From Myxococcota bacterium (GTDB lineage: Bacteria; Myxococcota_A; UBA9160; UBA4427): a stretch of DNA of 20,470 nucleotides. Shown in pieces: positions 7,337 through 15,105 of the stretch. The DNA lies in the NCBI GenBank assembly GCA_036336835.1, contig JAYZFK010000057.1, positions 1 through 20,470 of the forward strand. Direction: 5' to 3'. Below the pieces are notes generated by a model, which had not been told where the DNA came from, made no database searches, and worked only from the letters and a program-made list of their open reading frames with translations. Within the stretch, counting starts at the first letter, position 1, and every line of letters begins with the position of its first letter. The position numbers were made by a program, and so were the translations under genes.

Positions 7337-8875
7337 GTGACCGAGGCGACCTCGAGACCGGGCAGCATCCTCGGGCGGGGTGCAGCCGATCGGGCACGTT
7401 CCGACGCTGCGGTTGCTGGAGCCTACGCAGTCATCGTGCCCTTGCTCGCCATATTGGTGTGCGCGATCTCATTCATCGCAGGCGTGCGCGGACAAGAGCT
7501 CGTGATGGTTGGGCTCGCGATGCTGACGACCGTCGTGGCCTTCGTTCCCGTCGCAGCGCAGCGCCTGCTGCATCCCGACCGCCGGCATCTCTTCATCTCA
7601 TTCATGTGTCTGGCGTTCCTCAGCTACTTCGTCTTGCCCGTGTTCACCGGGTACTTCTTCCTGCGCGAGGACGAGACGCTCACGATCTTCAGCCTGCTCA
7701 ACCTCGCCGTCTCGGACATCATCTGGGCACAGATCGCGGCCCTGGTATCGCTGATCTGCCTCATCATCGGCTTCGCCGCGCCGCTCGGTGGCCTGGCAAC
7801 GGCCATCTTTCCGATCCCGCGCCACGAGTGGGGCGTCGGCAATTCGTTGCTGGTCGCCCTCGGGATGATCCTCGTCGGCTGGGTACTGCTCGTGCTGTTC
7901 CAGCTGGGCCTGGTCCCGAGACAATTCGGCAGCGGCGCCCTGGGAGCGATCCTCAATTCCTACTTTTACGGCCTGGCATTGCTGATGATCGTGTATCTCA
8001 GGTTCGGCTCACGCCAGGCGCTCCTGGTGCTCCTGGTGCTCCTCCCGGCCTCGATGATCATCGGCTTCCTCACGGGCTCGAAGCGCGCCTTCCTCGCGCC
8101 GGCGGCGATCGTCGCCTTCGCACACGTGGTCACGCAACGCCGGGTCCGCGCCTTCTGGATCATCAGTGGCCTGCTCGCCGTCATTCTCATCTATCCGATC
8201 GCGCAGTTCTATCGCGATGTGGTCCAGGCGGGCCAGGTGTTGTCCGCGGCAGAAGTCCTCCAGCAGCCGGGCCGACTGGTCCTGCTGCTTTCGTCCTTCA
8301 TCGCCCAGGCCAATCCGCTCGAGTACGTCGAGGCGGGCATCGATGCGACGGCAAATCGCCTGAACTACCTCGGAATCCTCACGCTCATCGTGCGCGACGC
8401 CGGCGAGCGCGTGCCATTCCAGGGCGGCTGGACGATCGGGTTGGCGTTCATTTCGTTCATTCCACGGATCATCTGGCCGGGCAAGCCGGTGACGTCGATC
8501 GGCCAGTTCGTGACCGACACCTTCGGCTCAGGCCCGCAGATACAATCGGCCACGGGTCCGTCGCAGATTGGCGAGTTCTACTTCAACTTCGGATGGCCTG
8601 GAATCGTGATCGGATGGATCCTGCTGGGCATCTACTTTCGCGCAATCAGCGAAATGTTCTTTCGCAAGGATGCCCCCACCATCTCACTGCTGATCGCCGT
8701 CGTGGCGCTCTGGGCGACGGTGCCAGCGTTCGGGGGTACGCTCACCAACGTCATCAGCGGGCTGATCTTCCAGGCCGGCTACTTCGGCGTCTTGCACGTC
8801 ATGGTTCGCGTACTGCTGGGAACCACGGTACCTAGCCGGCGCAACGAGGCCAACGCCTCGCTGCCCTTCCGCTGA
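7337..8875 (+). CDS. Polytopic membrane protein, O-antigen/oligosaccharide polymerase (Wzy)-like
   Basis: About 11-12 TM segments, GFLTGSKR, a large loop with ANRLNY and FIPRIIWPGKP, and IGEFYFNFGWPG. Start uncertain; GTG 7337 chosen, ORF open from 7199. Confidence 0.7.
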   Translation: MTEATSRPGSILGRGAADRARSDAAVAGAYAVIVPLLAILVCAISFIAGVRGQELVMVGLAMLTTVVAFVPVAAQRLLHPDRRHLFISFMCLAFLSYFVLPVFTGYFFLREDETLTIFSLLNLAVSDIIWAQIAALVSLICLIIGFAAPLGGLATAIFPIPRHEWGVGNSLLVALGMILVGWVLLVLFQLGLVPRQFGSGALGAILNSYFYGLALLMIVYLRFGSRQALLVLLVLLPASMIIGFLTGSKRAFLAPAAIVAFAHVVTQRRVRAFWIISGLLAVILIYPIAQFYRDVVQAGQVLSAAEVLQQPGRLVLLLSSFIAQANPLEYVEAGIDATANRLNYLGILTLIVRDAGERVPFQGGWTIGLAFISFIPRIIWPGKPVTSIGQFVTDTFGSGPQIQSATGPSQIGEFYFNFGWPGIVIGWILLGIYFRAISEMFFRKDAPTISLLIAVVALWATVPAFGGTLTNVISGLIFQAGYFGVLHVMVRVLLGTTVPSRRNEANASLPFR

Positions 8876-8890
8876 CGCATCACCTCGCGC

Positions 8891-9667
8891 TCAGGTCTCT
8901 TCGTCGAACCAGTCCCACTGCCAGGGAGTCACCGTCTCGAAGGGCCCTGCGAAGAGCAGCTTCATCGTCCCCGAGAAATCGGGCAGGCGGCCCGCCTCGC
9001 GGTGCTGGACGCCGCGCTCGTTCATGCGTTCAACCACGCTCAGTGGCTCGTCGTCCAGGTAGTACACCGTGACGCGCTGCGCGCCGGGAGCACGCGCGAA
9101 GCCTCCCGCGACCGACTCGTGCGTCGCGAATGTCCAGAGCCCAGCCACGCCATCGATCTCCAGCATGTCCGGGTAGTGCACGACGTCCAGCCACTCGGTG
9201 TACTCGTCGATCCGCTCCGGCTCCGCGGGCTCCACCGGCTCGTGCACCACCACGAAGACTCCTCGATTGGGCCGGTAGGGCAACGCCTCGGGCGAGACGC
9301 GCGTGCGCGGCGCCGCGCAGGTCTTGATCAAGCGAAAGGGCCCGCCGAAGTGGCTGCGACGGTGGCGGTGGAAGCGGCCCAGCGCGGAGAGCTCGGCGCC
9401 GAGCGCGTAGAACTCTTCGAGTGTCTGCTCCACCGGCTCGGTCATCAGATACAGCGTGACGTAGTGGACCGGCTCGAACGGCGGCTCGCAGGCGAGCCGC
9501 GCACGCCGGCACGCTGGCGTGTGGACCCAGCGCTGGCCGTGCGCGATGCCGCGCAGCGGAAGCTGCTCGGGCATGTGGTCGAGCTGGTGCCACGCATTGT
9601 AGGCGCGGTGCTCCTTGGGATCAGTGATCTCGGTGAAGGAGAAGAAGCCCACGCGAATCTTGTTCAT
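8891..9667 (-). CDS. Hypothetical protein with two EthD/DUF4286-like dimeric alpha+beta barrel repeats
   Basis: Internal repeat YNAWHQLDHMPEQLPLRGI versus YTEWLDVVHYPDMLEIDGV. ATG 9667 lies 13 nt after the DUF35 stop. Confidence 0.7.
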   Translation of the reverse strand: MNKIRVGFFSFTEITDPKEHRAYNAWHQLDHMPEQLPLRGIAHGQRWVHTPACRRARLACEPPFEPVHYVTLYLMTEPVEQTLEEFYALGAELSALGRFHRHRRSHFGGPFRLIKTCAAPRTRVSPEALPYRPNRGVFVVVHEPVEPAEPERIDEYTEWLDVVHYPDMLEIDGVAGLWTFATHESVAGGFARAPGAQRVTVYYLDDEPLSVVERMNERGVQHREAGRLPDFSGTMKLLFAGPFETVTPWQWDWFDEET

Positions 9668-9680
9668 GGCGTGGGGGTGC

Positions 9681-10106
9681 TCATGCGGGGACCCACTGGG
9701 GAAGACGCAGCGCCTCGCCCGTGTCGGAGCCGGGAATCTCCTCCCACACCGCGCGCACCGCCAGACCGATGCGAACATCTGCCGGCGCCACCTCGAGCAG
9801 ATTGCCGGTAATCCTCACAGCTGGCAGCTCGTCGAGGCTGACGAGCACGACGGTGTAGGGCACCCGATCCACCAGGTCGGGGTGGACGGGGTGTCGGATC
9901 ACCGTGTGGCTGTAGATCGTGCCGGTCCCCGCGACCTCACGGCTGCGGAACTCGTACCCACCGCACTCGTGACACAGGTCCTCGGGCGGGTGCTGGATCG
10001 TTTTGCAGTCGCTGCATTCGCGCACGACGATCTTCCCGCTGGTAAAGAAGTCGCGGTTGGCATCGTCGAGCCCCGGTAGCATCCATCCATCCATATAGCG
10101 ACTCAT
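9681..10106 (-). CDS. DUF35 Zn-ribbon/OB-fold protein
   Basis: CSDC..HPP..CHEC, GTGTIYSHTV, PYTVVLVSLDE, IGLAVRAVW. GAGGGG upstream of ATG 10106. Confidence 0.9.
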   Translation of the reverse strand: MSRYMDGWMLPGLDDANRDFFTSGKIVVRECSDCKTIQHPPEDLCHECGGYEFRSREVAGTGTIYSHTVIRHPVHPDLVDRVPYTVVLVSLDELPAVRITGNLLEVAPADVRIGLAVRAVWEEIPGSDTGEALRLPQWVPA

Positions 10107-10114
10107 CGCACCCC

Positions 10115-11287
10115 TCAATCTCGGCAGAACAGGACGGCGCTGCCCGGCGCGTAGCCGGGGCCCGCGACCATCAGGCTGAGCTCCGGATCCTCGACCTGGC
10201 TGGTCGATTCGCCGCGGATCTGCCGAACCGCCTCGTTGACCAGGCCGAAGCCGTGGATGTAGGCCTCGCCGATGTTCCCACCGCTGGTGTTGATCGGAAG
10301 CTGTCCCTGGGGCCAGCGCAGCGCCCCCGAAGTGACCCACTTCTCGAGCTCGTCGGGCGGGCTGAAGCCCATCTCGCTGATGGCCATCAAGACCGGTCCC
10401 GTGAAGTTCTCGTAGAACTGCGCAACCGGCACGTCCTGCGGGCCCACGCCCGCGCGGGCCCAGAGGCTCTCGGCAACGTGCCGGAAGTGAGCGGTGGGAA
10501 ACGGCGCCTCGTTGAAGCCGTCCACACCACCGCGATACTCGAGACCCTGGGCAGCCGCCAGGATCGGCACCGCGCCCTTGCGCAGGTCGCGCGCGCGCTC
10601 GCGCGTAGTGACCACGATGGCCGCCGCGCCGTCGTTCTCGGGGCAACAGTCGAACAGGTGGAACGGCTCCGCGATCCAGCGCGACTGGTCGTAGTCCTCG
10701 CGCGTGATCGGAGTGCCGTGGCGCAGCGCCCGCGGATTGCGCTGGGCATTGTCATAGGATGCGAACGCCACCTCGAAGAGCGAGTCCTGGGTCACAGCGT
10801 GCTCGTGCATGAAACGAACCGTCTGCACTGCGTTGATCTGGGCCGCGGTGATCAAGCCGTACGGCACCGTGAAGGACTGCGCCCCGGGCACCGTGGCGCG
10901 TCCGGGCGCATAGCCGAAGCCGGCCTGACCAAAGCGCCCGAACTGACCCTGGGCCAGCGCGCGGAACACCACCACGGTCCGGGCGTAGCCCGCACAGATC
11001 GCGGCGTCGGCAAGCATGACGGCCGAGGCCGCGCCGTTGCCGCCACCACCGAACGTCTGCCCGGTGAACTCGATGCGCGGGAGTCCCAGCGCGGCGGCCA
11101 GACGCACGGGATTGTTGCGCGAATCCATGTACGAGACGATGCCGTCGACTTCGCGGAGCTCGAGCCCCGCGTCCTCGACCGCGCGCCGGATCGCCTTGCA
11201 CGCGAGCTGGAACTCGGTCTCGGGTGAACCGCCCCGCTTGTAGAACTCCGATTCCCCGACACCTGCCACGGCTGATCGACGATCCAC
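10115..11287 (-). CDS. Thiolase-fold lipid-transfer-protein family member, Ltp2-like putative aldolase
   Basis: VAGVGES, FGGGGNGAASAV (no nucleophilic Cys), PFHLFDCCPENDGA, QFYENF, NTSGGNIGEAYIHG. SD GAAGGGAG before GTG 11287. Confidence 0.9.
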   Translation of the reverse strand: MDRRSAVAGVGESEFYKRGGSPETEFQLACKAIRRAVEDAGLELREVDGIVSYMDSRNNPVRLAAALGLPRIEFTGQTFGGGGNGAASAVMLADAAICAGYARTVVVFRALAQGQFGRFGQAGFGYAPGRATVPGAQSFTVPYGLITAAQINAVQTVRFMHEHAVTQDSLFEVAFASYDNAQRNPRALRHGTPITREDYDQSRWIAEPFHLFDCCPENDGAAAIVVTTRERARDLRKGAVPILAAAQGLEYRGGVDGFNEAPFPTAHFRHVAESLWARAGVGPQDVPVAQFYENFTGPVLMAISEMGFSPPDELEKWVTSGALRWPQGQLPINTSGGNIGEAYIHGFGLVNEAVRQIRGESTSQVEDPELSLMVAGPGYAPGSAVLFCRD

Positions 11288-11346
11288 GTTACTCCCTTCG
11301 CTTCATGCGACGCGACGAGGCATCTCCCGCCGGCGGATCGCGCGGT

Positions 11347-12603
11347 TCAGTCGACGATGGCCTGGTAGGCGAGCCCCTTGAACTGCTGGCGATAGGCGCG
11401 CGGAGCGGGGCGCAGCTGGATCATGAAGATGCCGATGAAGTCCTCAGCGGGATCGATCCAGAAACTGGTGCCGTAGGCGCCGCCCCAGTTGAACTCCCCC
11501 AGTGAGCCGGGGACCACAGCGAGCCCCACATCGGTGCGGATGGCGAAGCCCAGCCCGAATCCGTAGCCGGGCCGCCGAGCGAACTCGATTTCGCCGAGAT
11601 GGTCCGACGTCATCCACTCGACGGTCTTGCGGCCGAGCAGACGCCGACCGCCGAGCTCGCCTCCGTTCAGGAGCATCTGGCAGAAGCGATAGTAGTCGGC
11701 CGCTGTGGAGACGAGCCCACCCCCGCCGGAGAAGTAGGTCGTCGGCACCTCGAAGCTCTCGACGGGATTGACTTCGGCCGGGACCAGCTGCTCGTCCTTC
11801 CACTGGTAGTTCACCGCGACCCGCGGGAGCGCCGACTTCGGTACGTGGAAGCCCGTGTCATCCATCCCGAGGGGCGCGAAGATCTGCTCCTCCAGGAAGC
11901 GATCGAACGGGAGCCCGGAGACCACCTCCACCAGCCGGCCCAGCACGTCGACCGAGATGCTGTACTCCCAGGTCGATCCCGGCTGATGCTTGAGGGGCAG
12001 CGCTGCGAGCTTGCTCACCGTCTCTGCGGTCGTCGCATCCCGGCTCAGCACTCCTCGCTCGAGATAGAGCTGGTCCACGCGTGAATCCGAGAAGAAGCCG
12101 TAGGTCAGCCCGGAGGTGTGGCGCAGCAGGTCCTGGATCGTCATCTCCCGCTGGGCGGGAACCGTCTCGAGGTCCGCTGCGGCGTCCTGCTCGACGGCGA
12201 CCTCGAGTGCCCCGAGCTCGGGCAGATACAACGAGACGGGATCGTCGAGCAGGAAGTGGCCCTGCTCGTAGAGCATCAACACCGCGACGCTCGTGATGGG
12301 CTTGCTCATCGAGGCGATCCGGAAGATCGTGTCGTCGGTCATCGGCTCGGCCCGCTCGAGATCGCGTTCGCCGTAGCTCTCGAAGAAGGCGACCTTCCCG
12401 CGTCGCGCGAGCAGCGCCACCACACCGGCGATCCGCTCATGGTCCACGTGGTCACGCAAGACGCGCCGGATGCGGTCGAGACGCTCCTCGGAAAAGCCCA
12501 GTGCCGAGAGCGTCTCCAGGTCCGCGGCGTGGCCCGGCCAGGTCGACAGCGCAAAGAGCAGGACGAGCAGGAATCGACGAGACTGCGCCGAGTAGCGGGT
12601 CAT
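11347..12603 (-). CDS. Exported serine hydrolase, beta-lactamase class C/family VIII esterase fold
   Basis: Signal peptide (RRFLLVLLFALSTWPGHA), FRIASMSK (SxxK), LLRHTSGL, WEYSIS, WGGAYGT. ATGA overlap with the upstream gene. Confidence 0.92.
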   Translation of the reverse strand: MTRYSAQSRRFLLVLLFALSTWPGHAADLETLSALGFSEERLDRIRRVLRDHVDHERIAGVVALLARRGKVAFFESYGERDLERAEPMTDDTIFRIASMSKPITSVAVLMLYEQGHFLLDDPVSLYLPELGALEVAVEQDAAADLETVPAQREMTIQDLLRHTSGLTYGFFSDSRVDQLYLERGVLSRDATTAETVSKLAALPLKHQPGSTWEYSISVDVLGRLVEVVSGLPFDRFLEEQIFAPLGMDDTGFHVPKSALPRVAVNYQWKDEQLVPAEVNPVESFEVPTTYFSGGGGLVSTAADYYRFCQMLLNGGELGGRRLLGRKTVEWMTSDHLGEIEFARRPGYGFGLGFAIRTDVGLAVVPGSLGEFNWGGAYGTSFWIDPAEDFIGIFMIQLRPAPRAYRQQFKGLAYQAIVD

Positions 12604-14501
12604 CCTCCCGGCTGTCCCATCCAGTCACCGAGCTGCCGGGCAGCTCGATCCGGCCGTCGACCGGAGCCGCCGGTCAGCGCGGGCAGCGCGCCGCGCGGAT
12701 CGAGTCGGAGCACCCGCGGCACCCCGCCCTCGATCTGCCAGGCCGGCCCGTTGGAATTCGAGGTCCAGATTCGCCCCTCGGCATCGAAGTCGATGTCGCG
12801 CGTGTAGGTCACGCGAGTCGGCAGTGGGTAGATGAGCCAGCGCTCCGTCTCGGGCTCGAAGCGGATGATCGAGTCGCTCGCGGTTCCGCAGATCCACACT
12901 GTGTCCGTGCGGCGATCGACATGCAGCGCGTACGGGGTCTCGCTGCCGTGAGGCTTCGTCGGGAGATCCCATTCGTCGAACACGCCCGTCGCGGGATCGA
13001 AGCGCGCCAGCTTGCTGGCCGAGAACGAGGGGATCCAGAGCAGGCCCTTCGAGTCGAAGCGCAGACGCCGCGGGCCGGGGAAGGGCGTTTCGAAGATCTC
13101 GATGTCGAAGGTATCGGGGTCCAGCTTGCCGATGCGGTTCTCGTTGAGCTGACTGAACCAGACAGATCCGTCGGGCGCGACATCGATCCCATAGGGCACC
13201 GGGAGCACCACCGGGTCGCCGTCCGCAACTTCGCCGCGCAGATCGACGTAGCGCCCCAGCCAGAGGAAGAACGGCATCGTCCGGACGATGAAGGCCTGCT
13301 TGAAGGTGCGCGAGGGCAGCCGGATCTCGCGGTGCTCGCCAGTGCTGGGATCGAACATCCCCACGTGGTTCGAGGCCGAGATCGTGTACCAGACGCGACC
13401 GCGTTGATCGAAGCGCAGGGTGTGGGGGTAGAAACCGCGCTTCAGCTTGTGGAGGGTGAACTCCTCGGTCTGGATGTCGAAGCGAGCCAGCATGTTGCCG
13501 CTCGCCAGGGTGATCCAGATGTTGCCCTCGGGATCGGTTTGCAGCGAATGCGGGCCCACGTGTGAGTTCGAGTTCGCGGTGGGCGCGGTGTTCTTGTTGG
13601 CGAAGACACCGCCCAGCGGCAGGCCGGCGTTGGGGATCTTGAAGGTTCTGCGCTCGTCCGTCGCAGGGTCGAGGCGGTGGAGCTGGTCGAAGGGCCCGTC
13701 GACTCCCCACAGGCTGCCGTCGGGATGCATCATCACGTCGTGCTGCTTCGAGCCGGGGCCTCCGAGGTCCCACTCTTCGATGATCGCCGCGAGCACTTCC
13801 GGCTCGGGCGCCGGGGCGAAGTCGGGCTCGTTCATGTGCGCGGTGAGAGCTGGGATTGCCTGGTCCGGGGCGTAGGCCTCGTTGAAGATCGCGGGCAACC
13901 TCTCGCGCAGACCCCGGGTGAGCATGCCGCCCTTGCGCCCCATCAACGAGATGATCTTGCTCCACTCCTCTTCATCGCGTTGAATCCGGGTGTGCAAGTT
14001 CCCCTGCTGGTGACAGAAGCCGCACTGGAGCACGAACTCGGCTCGTTCGTCCTCGTCCTCGATGCGGTCGAGCACGAGCTTCAGCCAGTGGTTCGCCGGT
14101 AGCTGGGCGGCCACCGCCGCGGGATCCCTCTCGCGCGTGAGTGTGAAGTCGAGGTGGCCGCCGGCCGTGTCGGGGGAGACCACGGCGAGGTCCTTCCAGC
14201 CGATGCGGCGCGCGCGCACCCGGTGGATCGCGAACGGCAGGGGCGGCGACTGGTAGCGTCCGTCCGCCTGACTGAAGACGGTGATCCGGTGGACGGGGAT
14301 TGCGGACTCGATGCTCACCATGGCGCCGGGGATGGCACCGCCCTCCGCGTCGAGCACGCGCCCGGTGAGCCTCGGGCCCTCGCTCGCTCGGCTTCCCAGC
14401 GCGGGGACGACGGTGATACAAAAGGTGAGCCCGGCGATGAGCGCCCACCCGCGCGCTGCGCCGCGGCTCGTTGCGGACAACTCGAAGGGCGAACGATCCA
14501 T
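12600..14501 (-). CDS. Exported multidomain protein: carboxypeptidase-regulatory-like beta-sandwich, c-type heme domain (CxxCH), Vgb-like beta-propeller
   Basis: LTGRVLDAEGGAIPGAMV..SQADGRY; CGFCH at 14010-14024; blade repeats (PHSLQTDPEGNIW, PHTLRFDQRGRVW, PYGIDVAPDGSVW, PRRLRFDSKGLLW). GGAGG 5 nt before ATG 14501; N-terminal hydrophobic signal. Confidence 0.85.
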   Translation of the reverse strand: MDRSPFELSATSRGAARGWALIAGLTFCITVVPALGSRASEGPRLTGRVLDAEGGAIPGAMVSIESAIPVHRITVFSQADGRYQSPPLPFAIHRVRARRIGWKDLAVVSPDTAGGHLDFTLTRERDPAAVAAQLPANHWLKLVLDRIEDEDERAEFVLQCGFCHQQGNLHTRIQRDEEEWSKIISLMGRKGGMLTRGLRERLPAIFNEAYAPDQAIPALTAHMNEPDFAPAPEPEVLAAIIEEWDLGGPGSKQHDVMMHPDGSLWGVDGPFDQLHRLDPATDERRTFKIPNAGLPLGGVFANKNTAPTANSNSHVGPHSLQTDPEGNIWITLASGNMLARFDIQTEEFTLHKLKRGFYPHTLRFDQRGRVWYTISASNHVGMFDPSTGEHREIRLPSRTFKQAFIVRTMPFFLWLGRYVDLRGEVADGDPVVLPVPYGIDVAPDGSVWFSQLNENRIGKLDPDTFDIEIFETPFPGPRRLRFDSKGLLWIPSFSASKLARFDPATGVFDEWDLPTKPHGSETPYALHVDRRTDTVWICGTASDSIIRFEPETERWLIYPLPTRVTYTRDIDFDAEGRIWTSNSNGPAWQIEGGVPRVLRLDPRGALPALTGGSGRRPDRAARQLGDWMGQPGG

Positions 14502-15015
14502 GGGGACCTCCAGAGTCAGACAGATCCATTCTACACGGGCCTTCGACGCTTTCGGCGGCTGGACGCCCACGGCAGCCTGGCTCATCGCGCTGCTCGCCGG
14601 CTGTGCGACCTCGATCGCCGAGCTTCCGCCCCCCGGCGCGACGCCAGCCCCGCGCCCCGACCGGACCGTTGAGATCCAGCTCCTGTTTGGCGCCGAGGCG
14701 GACCTCGACCTCTTCGTAACGGATCCGGACTACGAAGAGGTGTACTTCGCCAACTCGCCCAGTCGCCTCGGCGGTGAGCTCGACGCGGACCGCCGTTGCG
14801 AGGATCCGGCTCCCCGGACCGAAACCGTGCGCTTCGACCCGGCCCCGGCCGGGCGCTACCGGGTCACCGTCGACTTCCCCAGGCGCTGCCAGGCCGGCGT
14901 CGAACGAGTCCCCTACCGCGTCGTGGTCGACGTCGGAAGTGAGCGCCAGGAGGTCGAGGACGTGCTCGACTTCGGCACCACCGAGCACGTCGTGCTGGAG
15001 TTCGACGTCCCCTGA
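14500..15015 (+). CDS. Putative lipoprotein with a YfaP/DUF2135-like domain
   Basis: Lipobox LAGC (Cys codon 14602-14604), Pro-rich linker, ADLDLFVTDP..VYFAN..GGELDAD, E-x-V-x-F..GRYRVTV. Start uncertain. Confidence 0.75.
   Translation: MGTSRVRQIHSTRAFDAFGGWTPTAAWLIALLAGCATSIAELPPPGATPAPRPDRTVEIQLLFGAEADLDLFVTDPDYEEVYFANSPSRLGGELDADRRCEDPAPRTETVRFDPAPAGRYRVTVDFPRRCQAGVERVPYRVVVDVGSERQEVEDVLDFGTTEHVVLEFDVP
14528..14533 (-). promoter_or_regulatory. Candidate -10 (TAGAAT) for the heme/Vgb operon
   Basis: ATTCTA on + equals TAGAAT on -, 26 nt upstream of ATG 14501. No clear -35 seen. Confidence 0.45.
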
Positions 15016-15059
15016 TGCATCCCGCTCCACTCGCCCCGGAACGGGCGGGGCGCTGCCGA

Positions 15060-15068
15060 TGATAGAGT
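15060..15068 (+). promoter_or_regulatory. Candidate extended -10 (TG-A-TAGAGT) for SDR-BKACE
   Basis: TGATAGAGT lies 37 nt upstream of ATG 15106, after a GC hairpin (CGCCC..GGGCG) downstream of the lipoprotein stop. Confidence 0.4.
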
Positions 15069-15105
15069 GACCCCTGTCTGCCCGAGAGGTTGCAGAGGAG
15101 AGCGC

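Noticed and set aside
10107..10646. 321-aa call for the second DUF35
   Set aside because: The upstream part overlaps the thiolase out of frame; ATG 10106 has its own SD.
11347..14501. Antibiotic-resistance pair (beta-lactamase plus virginiamycin B lyase)
   Set aside because: The hydrolase has YS and WGG motifs of family VIII esterase type rather than YxN/KTG. The propeller carries extra heme and sandwich domains. Fold similarity alone does not support resistance.
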